Source: Vermamoeba vermiformis
Lineage: Eukaryota
NCBI GenBank assembly: GCA_045837725.1
Contig: JBEWZL010000235.1
Coordinates: forward strand, 1-64,000
Reading direction: 5' to 3'
Length of the DNA: 64,000 nucleotides
Shown here: piece by piece, positions 63,293-64,000 of the stretch
Position numbering within the stretch: the stretch's first letter is position 1
Layout of the letters: every line of letters begins with the position of its first letter
Program-made: the position numbers and the translations under genes
The notes under the pieces: model-generated
Databases searched by the model: none
What the model was told of the DNA's origin: nothing
The model's input: only the letters and a program-made list of their open reading frames with translations

Positions 63293-64000
63293 CTAGCCGG
63301 CCGTGGCTGCTCGCAAAGTTAATAAGGTAAGCATACCGCGACCTCATAATAATAATTATTCGACCGTTTCAGATAATTATTCCAATTTTGCCTTGGGATC
63401 CTGCCAAATCTACTTTTTTACCTAATTAGTACCACGTTTTGGATTGTAAACTAATTCTGGCGTTTCTCTAGAGGTTTCATTTTGCTAGTAGAAACTTGAT
63501 TGACTTGCATTCCAACCGTCGCGGTGTGATTTTGCCGGATCCAAGTTATCAACACAGATGCTGTCTTCAAACGGAAACAATATTGCTTTCACCCCGATGT
63601 CTCACTCTATTGTATTATAACCCGAATGTATAATTATACTACAACTGCGAATTCATGTATATAAACCGAAGCGAAGATGTATTTTTAGTCACTAAATCTG
63701 TGTCCGTACCTGTGCGCACGCGAGATGGACCTAGATCATAATCTAGCCCTCGTACTACCATTGTATATCATTACTAAGCTATTTGTCGAGAGTTTGACGT
63801 GCTTGGGCGGTTTAATTAATCATCCCGGATCACAACTTGCGCGTGCCACACTCAAATTTCTGACTAAAACGCGAAATCGCATCGATGGTAAAAGCAACAA
63901 TTCCTTTGCATATTGGAAGTACTGTTAATGCCACAAACATCCCCAACAGCGATTTTGATAGAGGTAATTTTCAGTTACAAAAAGTCGATCCCAATAACGC

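Noticed and set aside
1-64000. CRISPR arrays, tRNA/rRNA genes, transposase or reverse-transcriptase ORFs, U12-type introns
   Set aside because: No regularly spaced repeats, tRNA boxes, rRNA motifs, DDE/RT motifs or RTATCCTT donor sites were seen by eye.

Overview
This is a gene-dense, AT-rich eukaryotic window with about 27 spliced protein-coding genes and many short GT-AG introns. The gene content suggests an amoebozoan-like protist (inference): TKL kinases, an Entamoeba-style transmembrane kinase, cytosolic hybrid histidine kinases and GPI-type surface proteins. Recognisable genes are an LCAT/PLA2G15-like lipase, a Kelch-Ig receptor kinase, a macro-domain protein, a TspO-like membrane protein, DNA polymerase kappa, class II fumarase, a calmodulin-like protein, a Gfo/Idh/MocA oxidoreductase, an M28 aminopeptidase, two tandem PAS-HK-REC kinases, tomosyn, an ankyrin-JmjC protein, an ACAP-type ArfGAP, two F-box proteins and SAMHD1. 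The most unusual signals are non-coding: a ~200-nt, apparently multi-helix RNA-like element at ~16.7-16.9 kb that I cannot assign to a known family, and the 12-bp palindrome TGACACGTGTCA recurring in introns and intergenic DNA. Several unusual domain architectures also stand out (UBR-box plus a repeated Zn-finger module; WH2 + BC-box + LRR; a tail-anchored macro domain; a pseudokinase). Exon boundaries were read by eye and are approximate; no database searches were run.
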